A DNA stretch of 63,582 bases, filler included, from Conidiobolus incongruus B7586 (GCA_000697335.1; 3 parts of 3 records of this genome joined end to end with filler, not necessarily neighbours in it), one strand, 5' to 3'; positions 25,665 through 38,194 are shown, counted from the whole stretch's first letter. A program made the numbers and translations. Notes: generated by a model from the letters alone, not told the origin.

Positions 25665-26260
25665 TTAATTGGAATGCCTTGTTGATGCTGACGAATTGAT
25701 CACTCTGATCGTGTTACTATGGTTGGGAGACGATAATATTTGATCATAACTCGGTGGATGGACTACAGCATCGTTATAAATAGGAGGAGGCGGAGAAAGT
25801 ATAATAAAACTGATATTCGATTCATCATCAGGAATTAGTTGCACCATAGGATTTAAAGTTGAAAAATCTGGATTCCTATTCGTCAAATTATTATTCGTTT
25901 GGCCACCAATAGCTTCTTGATACTGTTGATTGATTCTCTTTATTAATAATATACAAACCTATAAATTAAAATGACTATTAATATTCGATTTATGGCGATC
26001 TCGGGGGAATCAAAATCAACTAAAATCGAGTAACTTACAATGGTTTCAATTAATACTAAACCGCCAAAACAGGATAGTGTACCAATTAAAATAGGTTTAA
26101 TTTCTAACCTCTTATCACTTAGAATACCAATAACTATAATACTTTGAATAAATATCAACACTGCAATAGTTCTATAAACGATAGCCTTCTTATTTTTAAA
26201 ATAATTCACTAATTGTGTAGAATTTACAGGTTCTATATGTCCTCGATTATTATAAAACAT
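25665..26260 (-). CDS. Small 2-TM membrane protein with C-terminal PPxY motifs, 171 aa, 2 exons (26039-26260, 25665-25958)
   Basis: An 80-nt GTAAGT...TTTATAG intron (25959-26038) joins the two listed ORFs in frame (ETI|VCILLIKR). The tail has PPPPIY and PPSY. Confidence 0.7.
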
Positions 26261-27876
26261 TCCAAGATTTTATTCAATGGAATTCAAGAAAAAATGGAAA
26301 ATGAACCTTACAATAGGATTATTTATACTGTAATTATTTGATAAAATGTCTCAGTTGAATGCTTCTGTAATTGGCAGCTCCTGTAATGCCAGGGGTCTTT
26401 TGTTTTAATTTCTGTGTAGAAGCTCCCTTGTTCCAGTGATCACTTCCCAAATTTGGCAAAATTTTTATTACTTTGAATCTTACCTAATAATTGTCAAATT
26501 CGTCAATTTTATTACAAATATTTAGTCAGATTATAAATTTAACAAGTAATTTAAATTAATCATGTTATTTTTTTAATTAATATTAGTACTTTTATATAAT
26601 ATTTGGTTAACTCATTGATATCCAATAAATATATTAAAAACCAATAAAATATATTAATTAGTAATTTTATTTAATATTAAATCTAATAAAACTTATTGAA
26701 AATTAGAAATATCAAAGCATTTGAATTATTAGTATCTATAATAGTTAATTAAATGGCTCCAATCAAGTTTTCGAAAAAATTTACTAGATCCAAGTATTGT
26801 ATTTTAAACTTTGACAAATTGCTTAATACATTTAACTATAAATTAAATTAGTTTCTGAATTTAATAATTATTTACTTGTGAATTTTAATAAAAATTTCAA
26901 GTACATATTATGGCAATTAATTACTAAACAAAATTTTCAATATTCAATCTAGAGTATAATTTAAATTGTTTTTGATTGAGAATATATTCTCCAATTATCA
27001 CATATAGATATTTCATACTTGAATATATTTTAAATCCAAATATTTATGTTATTAGCTTATAATATGAGTTATCAGTATTTTATTATAAATTTTTATTTCA
27101 ATACTCATTTTAATAATATTTTATTGAAAAATTTTTAATAGGTGATAAAGGATCAATTTATTGTTTAGATTATGAACCTAATAAATTTAAATTTTTTAAG
27201 CATTTTGACTGTAACCTAAATAAGGTATAATTCCTTTAATTCGATTTCATTTATAATGAAAACCATTATAAATTTATAACTATAGAACTCTTAAAATAAT
27301 GATTGAACAAATTATAATTAACTATAATATATTTAATTATCACTTAAAATAAATCATCGTTTATATAGATACTACTAATAATTAAATTAATTTTTTCAAA
27401 TATACTAATTTAAAAACTTTAATATTATTTGACTTAAATTTCTTAAAATTATTAATTACAAATATATTTTAAATTTATAATTATTAAATTAATCTCATTA
27501 TCAGAGATTGAAAATATAGAATTTTACTAAGTTTTGGTTTTAATATTACTATTACTATATAATTTGATAATATTTATTTCATTAAGATATATATATATAA
27601 TTTTTAAATACTAATTATTTGGATAAGAAATATTGTAAAACTTGAGATTAATTATAAATATAATAGGTAAAGAGGTAAAAAAATTATTAAAAATGGGATA
27701 GTATGAAGTTGAAAAGTATGAAATTTAGATTAATATGAGAGATAAGAACATAAGAGAGATTTAAAAGGTTTAATAAAAATATTATGATTCAAAAATTTGA
27801 TAAACTATAAAGATGAAAAATTTAAATAAAATTGTAACAATTCACTATATTAAGCCTAATTTTTAAATTTGGGTGA

Positions 27877-27948
27877 GGTCTCATGGTGTAATGGTCAGCA
27901 CCCAGGATTCTGATTCCTGTAATCTGAGTTCGATTCTCAGTGAGACCT
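27877..27948 (+). tRNA. tRNA-Gln(CTG)
   Basis: Cloverleaf GGTCTCA/TGAGACC, anticodon arm CAGGA-TTCTGAT-TCCTG, GTTCGA T-loop, T-run terminator. Confidence 0.95.
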
Positions 27949-28610
27949 CTTTTTACCTACTAAATTTTTACTTTACAATTTCAATCATAATATAAATTGT
28001 TTATTATTTTGGTAGTTCTTCTTAAAGATAATAAAAATTTAAAGACATACTTTCTCATTTATTGTTTTATATTATCTCAATCCCCGTTGTTAATTAACGC
28101 TGATAAATTTTTTTACTTTTAGATTAAATATATTTCATATTAATTGATTCATTTGCTTCTCTATATTATTATATATTGTACAAATACATAATGTATTTCA
28201 ATTAGTTATTTTTATTCTATGTTATCCAATACTTTAAATATATGATCTATTCAAAATACTCCTTGTTTCTTAATAAATTTTGAATCCATTTCAATCAAAA
28301 ATATTATAATTCTATAAATTAGTATAATAATTAAAATACTATTTAATTAAATTTTAGCATTATCTATTACATAATTATATTTTATAAATTAAAGCTAAAA
28401 AATGAAAAATCAACATATGATAATTTGATCTAGTTCACAGAAAAATTATACCTTAATTTCAAATTTAAAATATCTTTGCCAATTATTTTTCAAATTTTAA
28501 CTCCCATAAATTTTTAACTTTTCAATCAAATTAACAAATTTCCAATTCCCTAAAACAAACGTCACCTTATCTAATTCCCAATACAAAATCATCTCCAAAT
28601 AATTTAAAAT

Positions 28611-29566
28611 ATGTCAAATCAACTTGTTGAATTTTGTCTCGAAGGCAAACTCTCCGAAATTCAAGCGTTAGTTCAAAGTGATAAAAAATTGGTTAAAAAA
28701 GTTGACGAAGACGGTCGTTTATTAATTCATTGGGCAGGTAAATAATATTCAATTGGGTATAAATTTCAACTAATGAAATGTAGCGAGTGGTGGTCATTTA
28801 GATATTTTAGAATATTTATATAAACAGGGTGCAGATATTGACGCAACTGACGAAGTAAGATAATTTGGAATTTATTGAATACTAATATTAATTGGTTTTA
28901 GGCTGGTTGGACATGTCTACATATTGCAAGTAATATTAAATAATGATAAAAAAATGATTTAATTAACTAATTTTCAAATTTTAGCATCGGGTGGCAAAGA
29001 TGCCATTGTTAAATTTTTACTTGATCAAAAATGCGACCCTAACGATAAAAATAATTCTGGACACTCTCCAATGTAAATTTATCATAATTAAATCAAATCA
29101 TAATTTAATCATATAATCATTAGCTTCTACACAATTTCTAAAGGCTATCTAAATCTAGCTCAACTATTATTACAACATGGTGCTATTTTAAATACCAAAA
29201 ATAATTTGGGATATACTCCACTGTAAATAATTTTAACGTTATTATCAATTAATTAATATTAATACTTTGATAGTCATCGAGCTGTAATGAACGCATCGTT
29301 ACCAATGGTCAAGTTATTTTTAGATAATAAGGCGCCCGTCAATATGCAAGATAATGAGGGCAATACACCTTTGTAAGTGAATCGATAGTGTCGATATACC
29401 ATATATTAATATTTTATAATATAGACATTATGCATGTGAAGATAATCAACCTCAAATCTGTCAAATATTACTAGAACGAGGAGCAGATGGCGACATTCCC
29501 AACAAGGAAGGTAAAACACCCAAAGATCTGTGTAAGGAAGCTCTATTGAAAACTTTGGATTGGTAA
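28611..29566 (+). CDS. NAS6: Ankyrin-repeat proteasome assembly chaperone, Nas6/gankyrin (PSMD10)-like, 7 exons, missed by the ORF track
   Basis: Spliced translation MSNQLVEFCLEGK..DEDGRLLIHWA|ASGGH..DATDE|AGWTCLHIA|..GYTPL|HRAV..QDNEGNTPL|HYACED..NKEGKTP, with GT-AG introns. Confidence 0.75.
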
Positions 29567-29681
29567 ATCTACCAAATTTTTATTATTTGCATTCCGTTAT
29601 GATTAAAATAAAATATTTATAAAATGATATATATTAAAATTTTATTAAACATTATTAAATTGATGAAAAAAATATTAATAA

Positions 29682-30335
29682 TCAAGCTAACCATAATCTC
29701 CTTTTCAATTCCCTCTTAGCCAAATTTTTCATAACAGAATCGTAAAAAGGTTTAGAATGGTATTTCATATTCAGGAAAACCTTATGCAATTTGTTAGTAC
29801 TCATCACATTTTCACCCTCCACCTCTTTCCAGTACTCCTTAGCACGATTTTCCAAAGGATCAAACGCGCCAAGTCGGAAGGTTTGATCTACAATTTGAGG
29901 ATTGTCATTATAGAGGTTGTTTACCATAGTGTAAATGCTACTCTCAAAGTCCTGATTATACAACATCTGAGCACTCACCAACTTTGTCAATTGAGGTATT
30001 GTCATACCTCGATTGGGTTGATTGTCCACAGCATTCAGCATACTCATCATTGTGTAGTTGAATTTTTGTGTCATTGGTACTATTCTATTTATTTGACCTG
30101 GTGATCTCGGGTAACTTTCCAACATTTGAAGATAGAACTTATACATGTCCCAAGCTGTTATTTCGCGACTGGGATTTTGTTTAAGATCTTGGACGATATT
30201 TTTGAGCTCGTGGTTAGCTTCGAATGCGTCGATCACTCTCTAAGGTTGTACTGCGCTGTCCCTGGGCTGGGAAGGCGACCAGGCATTCAATCCACTAGTA
30301 GTTAAAATGACTCCAATAATAAAATTAAGCTTCAT
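29682..30335 (-). CDS. Putative secreted protein (217 codons) interrupted by one in-frame TAG at 30240-30242; may be a pseudogene
   Basis: The ATG at 30335 encodes a signal-peptide-like MKLNFIIGVILTTSGLNA, in frame with the 29682-30236 ORF across CCT TAG AGA GTG. Confidence 0.6.
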
Positions 30336-30959
30336 AATTGACAATAACTTTGTAATTGTTTTAGCTCTGAACTTTATAAGTGTATTTATATTAAATTCAA
30401 ACCTTTTAATTAATTAAAAGCGGTCAATTTTTCAAAAATTGAAGGATTTTAGACCCCAAAGTATAAAATGATCTTCTTAAAAAACCACCATAATCTAGTT
30501 TATTTTAATTTGTGTTTACTAAATTCAAATTAATTTTAAATTATTGAATGTTAAATCTGAATTTTAAAAAATTGTAATGAGCATTAATAATTCCTAATAT
30601 TCTCAAATTTAACAGATAGTGTTAATGTTTTTTTACTCTATATATAATTAATAAACTTATTTAATTCTACATAATAATGGTTTTTGAAGTATAAAATATT
30701 ATAAAGAATATTCTTTAAATTGACAGGATGAGGATGAGTGAAATTGCGAATAAATTTTGGGATTTGAATTTAGTAGGTTTATTTAACATAATGATTTCAA
30801 ATTGAGTACTTAAAATTAGTAAATGGCTAAAAAAATGTAAGTCTTAATGAAAAAGAATTATTATTAGTGGTATTGTATTTAAATATTCATTAATCGCAAC
30901 TAATGTTTTGATTTTTAAAATGTATTTGTAAATTAATTAAAATGAATAAAAATTAAGAG

Positions 30960-32144
30960 TTAATGAGTATTAATCAAATGTTTCAATTTGACCAATCTGA
31001 CCCAAAGACGACGACGCACACCACCAGAGTTCGTGGTGGGCATTTGAGGAGTCCAATCCGCATTGGATTCATCGAATGTTGGAGAATATTCCCAACCGTT
31101 GAAGTCCACCTCGGAGTGCTGGTAGTCAATTTCCCAATTTGTCAACCAGTCAAAATTCGCTGGTAACACTATGGAATTATCAGGTGTCAAATTCTTAAAT
31201 TCGAGTGATTGCCCAGTAGTAAAATTTACAAATTTTTCTTTGCCATCTTGGCGTGTTAGATACTGAGCATCATACTTGGGAGCATCCGTAAATCGGTCGA
31301 ATAAACCTTTAGGTTTGGCTCTTTCTCGCTCCCAGATAAGGAAGAGGTAAGTGTTGTGAAGTTGATGAGGTAAGTATTGTTGGTTTTGGAGTTTGTGAAG
31401 TTCTTCGAGATAGAGGCATACGGGTATATGACTGTTGAGAGCTGCTGCGGCATAAGCTGTCTGATCGTTAAGATCTTTGATGTTGATATCAGCTTGTCCA
31501 ATTTCGACTAAATATTTGACAATTTGTAATTCGCCCTGTGTAGCGGCGGTAATTAATGGAGTGAAACCTTTGTTACTGGTGATATTCACTTGAGCTTGGG
31601 CTTCTTCAACCAACCAGCGCACTAATTCAAAGTGGCCTTTGGATACCGCGTTATGGAGAGACGACCATCCTTCCTTATCTTTATGGTTAACATTAGCACC
31701 CCTTTGAATCAACAATTGAGCTACATTCAAATGTCCACTGAAACAAGCTCTTAATAACGGCGTCTCTTTCTCATTATTGAGAGGATCTACCTCAGCACCT
31801 ACCTCATCCAACAGCAGTTCGACGATATTGTAGTGGCCTTTACTTGCCGCATAGTGCAAAGGCACCATTCCAGTATGAGGATGAGGAAAATTAACCAATT
31901 GGAGCTGACTGGATAGCAACAAATTATTATTGGTAGTCAGATCCAAATTCAAAATCTGTCTCACTAAATCTTCCCTTCCGTCCAAACACGCATTTTTCAG
32001 CTGATTGGGAAGTTCTTTAGAATTTGGAATGGTATCTGATTCTTCAGAAAGAGGAAAATTATTGAAAAGTTCATTGTGTAAATTGCCATAATAAGGATGA
32101 GTTTGACCTAATAAACATGGTGTAGTAAATTCTGGACATTCCAT
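30960..32144 (-). CDS. Ankyrin-repeat protein with C-terminal dysferlin (DysF) domain
   Basis: About 5 ankyrin repeats (PLHYAASKGH, TPLLRACFSGH, SLHNAVSKGH, TPLITAATQG). DysF motifs: LPANFDWLTNWEID..VDFNGWEY..F..VRRRLWVR. Likely ATG at 32144. Confidence 0.8.
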   Translation of the reverse strand: MECPEFTTPCLLGQTHPYYGNLHNELFNNFPLSEESDTIPNSKELPNQLKNACLDGREDLVRQILNLDLTTNNNLLLSSQLQLVNFPHPHTGMVPLHYAASKGHYNIVELLLDEVGAEVDPLNNEKETPLLRACFSGHLNVAQLLIQRGANVNHKDKEGWSSLHNAVSKGHFELVRWLVEEAQAQVNITSNKGFTPLITAATQGELQIVKYLVEIGQADINIKDLNDQTAYAAAALNSHIPVCLYLEELHKLQNQQYLPHQLHNTYLFLIWERERAKPKGLFDRFTDAPKYDAQYLTRQDGKEKFVNFTTGQSLEFKNLTPDNSIVLPANFDWLTNWEIDYQHSEVDFNGWEYSPTFDESNADWTPQMPTTNSGGVRRRLWVRLVKLKHLINTH

Positions 32145-32461
32145 TATAATCAATTAATAGTTAGCTATTTGTTTATTATGAATAATTAATATAGGTTATT
32201 CGTGAATATTAAATTAAATTTAATATAAATAGTCAGGAGTATATATTAATAAAATGAATACAAATTTCATTACAATTATGGGTTATAAGATAATTTTCTA
32301 AATTTATATTTAATATATAAATATTAATAAAACAGAAATAAATAAAGAATATATGATATGGTGAAAATATTGTTCAAAGTGAAAAGTAGAATAGGATTGG
32401 TAAAAATATTTTAATATTAAACGTAAGTAAAAAAAGTTGATATTATAAAAAAATGATAATA

Positions 32462-32534
32462 CACCCAACGTGGGGGTCGAACCCACAACCTTGAGATTAA
32501 GAGTCTCACGCTCTACCGATTGAGCTAGCCGGGC
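32462..32534 (-). tRNA. tRNA-Lys(CTT)
   Basis: Reverse complement GCCCGGCTAGCTCAATCGGTAGAGCGTGAGACTCTTAATCTCAAGGTTGTGGGTTCGACCCCCACGTTGGGTG. Confidence 0.96.
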
Positions 32535-32544
32535 TTATTTATTT

Positions 32545-33100
32545 TGTCACGGTTATTAGCTCTTGGAGCGTCATTGAGGACACTGACACAGCCATTCTGT
32601 AGGCCAGATTGTGAAACATGATACCTACCAGCTGGGGTAAACTACCAATGATCAGATCTCTGGCTATTCGGCCTTGATCACTTGTAAATGGGGCTTTGTA
32701 CTGAGCGACTAGACCAGCAGCAACAGTGGCGGCGTTAGGATCCGACATGCTAAAAGATGGAATCAAGGAATATCAATAGGAACGGGTTTAGAAGGATTAG
32801 TGTAAAATGACTCAAGTGGAACTATAAGCAGTTACTTGAGTATACCAAAAGGGTTGGCTTTGGATGTAGGAAAAAGGTTTATTAATGTAAGAAAGTAAGG
32901 TAAGAGAGAGAGATCAAGAAGGGAGCCGAGCCCTTCTTATACTTAAGTGAAATATATAGGCATAAGTATGCACGGATGAGTAACAGTGAGGTCACTCAGA
33001 CGTGGACTGGTAAAATGTTGATAAGGCCTAATTTGGTTAATCAGGTACTTAATTGTGAATTGGAGTGAAGAAAGGTATCAATTAGGTAGCAATCGTCACA
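32545..33100 (-). mobile_element. Solo LTR (556 bp) of an LTR retrotransposon
   Basis: TG...CA ends with imperfect inverted termini (TGTCACGGTT...AATCGTCACA) and a 5-bp TATTT duplication on both sides (32540-32544, 33101-33105). GC is higher than the flanks. Minus-strand TATAAG (32936-32941) and AATAAA (32878-32883). Confidence 0.75.
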
Positions 33101-34107
33101 TATTTATCAAATTTATATTTCACGAATTTATTGTTACAATCTCAAATATCAATTTTTTTTTGATTATTTCTCCTTCCCTACACAATTTAATGGTGAATTT
33201 GATTTTTATTATTATATTCTTTTATAAATTCAACTTATACACTTTTTATTTTATTTTTCAATTTATTATATCTCTTCCATATTTTTACTATTCAATTTAG
33301 GGGAATTACAAATTTTAAAAATTGAATTTTTGTAATATAATTTAAAAATCTCAATATGGTATTTATATTTTATTACGATTATATTTAAAATTCTATATTT
33401 TACCTTTTCAATATATATTATTTTGATTGAATACAACATAATTGGAAATTTTATCAATTAAGTGCATCTGATATGTAAATGGATTATTTAATCTGATCAA
33501 AATTTAGTAAATCTGATATCAAAAACGATTGTAATAGTATATTTAAAGTTAATAATCAACAAACAATAATCAGAACCATATATTTAATCACTAAATATAT
33601 TAATTTTAATAATTTATCGTTTAACCATTGTAAAACTTTTTGTGATCTTTTTTAAATAGTTCAGTTTTGAAGGTTTGGCAAGATTGTGGATATCTAATTG
33701 ACTTCATACTATATATAAGTTGATATAAAATTAAAATAATCAAGAATCATTAAATACCACCACAATACCTTTCGTTTTTATTTGATTATATAATATCTCG
33801 TAGACATTCTATATTACCACGATTAATAAATCATAACATGATTGAGGTATGAGTAGGTGATATTAAATTTGAATATGATTCACCAAAATTTGAGATAATA
33901 AATTCCCATAATCAATTTTCATATACAAGATTAAAGTATTTAAAAAATAATTAGACGGAAAGCAATAATCAATCAAACTAAAACAACTAACACTAAACCA
34001 AAAATTTAAAAATTTGATATTAACATATTTTGATATATATTATTTGAATATATAATATTTAAAATATAGCAATTTTTATTTGGACTAAAAATAATTTCAA
34101 AAATTCA

Positions 34108-35446
34108 ATGTTACGTCATCTTAACAACCAACTTACAAAGAAGGGATTACTGAAAGTAATTTTTTATTTTTTTTTCATTTTACAACTAATTATTAATAAA
34201 TAATGAATTTTAGCTCCGCTTTAAACAAATCCCATTTGCTATCGCCACAAGAGGATACATTACAGCTCCTAGTTATTTTAACGAAGATGGGAATAGTAGT
34301 AATAATGTTCCTTCTCCATTTATTAATCCTCGTAAGAATTTACCCCTTAATACGGTAACTAACTCTTCTGTAATATTTTCAAAATAAAAATATTAATTTG
34401 AAGTATATAGATAGTTAAATTTGTACCCCAGCAAGAAGCTTGGATAGTTGAAAGAATGGGTAAATTCCATCGTGTTTTGGATCCCGGTCTTGCTATTTTG
34501 ATTCCTTTTTTGGATACTATTAAATATGTTCAAGTGTTGAAGGAATTGGCTGTTCCTATCCCTACTCAAACTGCTATTACAGCTGGTAAATTTTATTATG
34601 AAATAATATGATAGTCAATATTGAAATAGTTTGATTATTTTAGATAATGTCACATTAAAGCTTGATGGTGTTCTTTATTACAAAGTGATCGATCCTTACA
34701 AAGCTTCTTATGGTGTTGAAGACGCCCACTTTTCAATTTCTCAATTAGCTCAAACTACCATGCGTGCTGAAATTGGTCAGTTGACACTCGATTTAACGCT
34801 CGCTGAACGTAATACTTTAAACCACAATATTGTTGAAGCCATTAACGCTGCTGCCGAAAACTGGGGTATAAAGTGTTTAAGATATGAAATTAGAGATATT
34901 CATCCTCCTGAAAAGGTTGTCGAAGCTATGCATTCCTTAGTCAGTGCCGAACGTTCTAAACGTGCTCAAATTCTCGAATCTGAAGGTCAACGTCAAGCTT
35001 CTATTAACGTTGCTGAAGGTAAGAAGCAATCCGTGATTCTCGAATCTGAAGCCGTCAAGGCCCAGCAAATCAATCAAGCTCTCGGTGAAGCTGAAGCCAT
35101 TCTCGCAAAGGCTAGAGCCACCGCTGAAGGTATTGAAAAGGTCGCAAGGAGCACCATCCAGAATGGAGGTATCAATGCTGTATCTCTATCCGTCGCCCAA
35201 CAATATGTCGATGCATTCTCCCAATTGGCTAAGGCTGGTAACTCAGTTGTCGCCCCCGCCAATGTCAACGACGTTGGAGGTATGGTTGCCCAAGCTATGG
35301 CCATTTTCAAGAACGTCAACCAATCGTTTACACCTGAAGATACGCCTAAGTCTGAGCCTCCAAAGCCAGAATCACCCCCTCAGCCACCTACTCCTAACGC
35401 TAAATTGAATCCACCCACCATTAACAACATTCCAACTCAGTTCTAA
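34108..35446 (+). CDS. STOML2: Stomatin-like protein 2 (SPFH/band-7, probably mitochondrial), 388 aa, 4 exons (34108-34155, 34214-34354, 34411-34585, 34644-35446)
   Basis: VKFVPQQEAWIVERMGKF, DNVTLKLDGVLY, SQLAQTTMRAEIG, CLRYEIRDIHPP, AERSKRAQILESEG; basic N-terminal presequence; the exons sum in frame. Confidence 0.9.
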
Positions 35447-36453
35447 ATAATTTTTATTGCCACTATTTACATAATTTTTAGGTTTAATAAATTTTCAGTC
35501 ATCTTATATTTTTAACTCAATAATATGAATAATGTGATCTAGTGTTATGATGTGATCATTTTAACCCCTTGACATTCCAGCTAGTTCATAATTAAAGCAT
35601 TTAAACCAATTTCATTATTACGTAAATAATTAAAAATATTCAGTACCATGATCTTTGCAAATTGATTCTGACAATTATTTTGTTATTTTTTTTATAAAAT
35701 TTTGATATAATATATATTGTTTGATTTATTATTCCAATAATTTAAAAATTGAAAATAAAAAAAACATTAATATTTAAATCTTAAATATTATAATTATAAT
35801 ATTTGAATAAAATGATTAAAAGATTTAATTCAACTCTAAATAATAGAAAATACATTGGTCTCTTTTGTAAAAATAATATGAATATTTGGAAAGGTCTGAT
35901 TGAGAATGGAGCACAGATTACCTCAATCAAATTCTTAGATGATAACAAATATAGTTTTAGATCTTATTCAATTAATGTGATATAAGTTAATATCCTGATT
36001 TCTCAATATTTTGAAAAGTCACTATTAAATGAATCACATTTATAGTTATACTCCTTATCTTCAGTATTAAATCATTATACATTAGAGACAAATTAACAAA
36101 TATTTCAAATAAATATAACTTTTTATTAAATTGAATATCGTTAGTAATAATTATAATTACTTAATATTTAGTACATTATACGTTATCAACAATATTGAGA
36201 AATTAGTAACTTTTAATTTGGGAAATGGTATGATTCGAGAGGGGGTGGCGCTAGGATATTCTAGAAATTGCATTGAGTTTGGAGGTGATCTAGAATTTTG
36301 AATTAGTAATATCGATGTTAAATTGGGTGGTATAAACTTGGAGATGGGTGTGTTAACGTATCAGGATTGTAAGATTGAAGAGGAAATAATATAAACAACG
36401 AAAGGAAAAAAGATAAACAAAAAAGATGAATATATACCAATGAAAGGTGCAAG

Positions 36454-38194
36454 CTAAATTTCGAAGCCACTCACCAATCCTATGGTACCTTTACCAATCT
36501 TCTTCTTGACCTTGCTGGGATGCTCCCAATAATAGTCGAAGAAGAGTTTGATCTGGTAGTTGCATGGGAAGAGTTCGAGCGTGTTGAGGCAAGTTTCCTT
36601 CACCTTGTAGAAATATTCCACGGCGCCGGGTTCCGATTCATGAACGAGCACCTTGCAAGCATGGAACACTGCCATGGTGAAAAGATAGTCTAGTACTTCG
36701 ATTTTTTGGAGTTGGGGTGGGATTGAACGCGATGCTTGGGTGATAGGATGTGGGAACATAGCTTCTATGAGGAGGATTGCGGCTTGGTGTTGAATATCTA
36801 GATAACTTTCGCCTTGGGGTTCCGGAGAATTAGGTTGCTCAGGACATACTAATAGCATTTCCGTAAGATCAACTACTAAAACTAGATGGATTAAATATAA
36901 AACTAGATATCCCGTTAAGAATGGCTGATCTAATTTGAGACTTAATCTAGTAGGATTCCATAGTCTGGGGAATCTTTCTTGAACTTGGTTTAGCATGAGA
37001 TTTAACGCAAAAGCTTGACTATGAGTTGCGGTTTTTGGATCAAACACGCATTTGACACGTCGCATTTGAGTGACAAGGTGGCACCAATGCTTGTGCTGCT
37101 CCATAAGATGTACCGAATGTAGCATTGGATCCTGAGGAGAAAGCAGTTGATCAGGCATAGGCGGTTCATCACCAGAGAATTCTCTAATAATTGGAGGAGT
37201 ATCCAAATGAACACTGATCAATGTATCCAAAATGATACACATTCTCCAAGTATTGTCGCCCTCTAATCGAGTTTCCCAATCTTCATTAACTCGGCTCAAG
37301 CTCTGTTGGTCATTGATAAATAGCATTTGAGCTTGTTTGATTGCATGCATAATTCTCTGATGAACTTGTGGCGTGATCAAATGTGCTAATTCCATTCCCA
37401 CCAAAATCAAGCAACCTTGTACCCAGCTTAGGTCTCTATCTTCAAGCTTGGTCATTTGTAATAGATAACAAGCTCTATGATAAAATGGGGAGTATTGCAA
37501 TGGTGGGATATTTACACAATCTTGCTGACCCAATGTAACATAATACGATTTTAAATAAATGGCTGTGAGTAAAGGACTTGACATAGGCTGTTCTTTAAAC
37601 TCTTTCTCAAGTCTTCTCGGATTAATAAATGGATAAATAGGATGGAGTCTTTCAATATATAGGTCTAACATATGTCGAGCCAAAAGGGTGCTTACTAAAC
37701 AAGTAAGTTAATCGGGGTTTCATGAAAGAAAAATAATAAAATAATTTACAGTTGATCTCTTTGTGTAAGGATGGACTACTGCTGCCATCTGAACTGGCAT
37801 GAGATTCATTTGAATCGGTATCAGAGCGGTTAAAAAAGCTATCCTTTCCTCTTCTCTTCCAACGGTATAAAACTACGGGGTGAGGGTGGCGGACTAGTCC
37901 ATCACTATCGCCATCCTCCTCAAGTTTGACTCGAGTCCAGCTCCATTTTCTCTCATTACCGCCCTGAAATTCTTTCCAAATACCTTCCCAAAGTTTGAAT
38001 TGGTACCAACTACCTTTAATTTCATTTTCGATTCTATCAATTGAATGGTGAAGTCTCTGTAACTTAGTGGAAGGTCTTTGAAACGGGTTGGTCAAAGTAT
38101 AAGCGCAGGGGAGTTGATATTTGACACACCTCGAACAAGGTGTCAATCGATCGCAACGTTTTTTACTATTTCTACATTGTAAACAAGGTGACAT
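36454..38194 (-). CDS. Zn(II)2Cys6 fungal transcription factor with Fungal_trans-like middle region, 2 exons (intron 37695-37749)
   Basis: CLQCRNSKKRCDRLTPCSRCVKYQLPC; a 55-nt GT-AG intron joins the two ORFs (EIN|LSTLLARH); 'LYIERLHPIYPFI' and 'TWRMCIILD'. Confidence 0.9.

Noticed and set aside
26360..26400. CTGTAATG resembling the fungal SRP RNA 5' Alu motif
   Set aside because: No helix-8/S-domain sequence follows
27130..27300. FLIGDKG and YNENH..TIE pieces resembling a PIF/Harbinger nuclease
   Set aside because: Only two short matches in AT-rich DNA; upstream catalytic motifs and TIRs not found
30240..30242. Genome-wide TAG reassignment as the explanation for the in-frame stop
   Set aside because: No other intact CDS here contains an internal TAG, and the Zn2Cys6 gene appears to end on TAG
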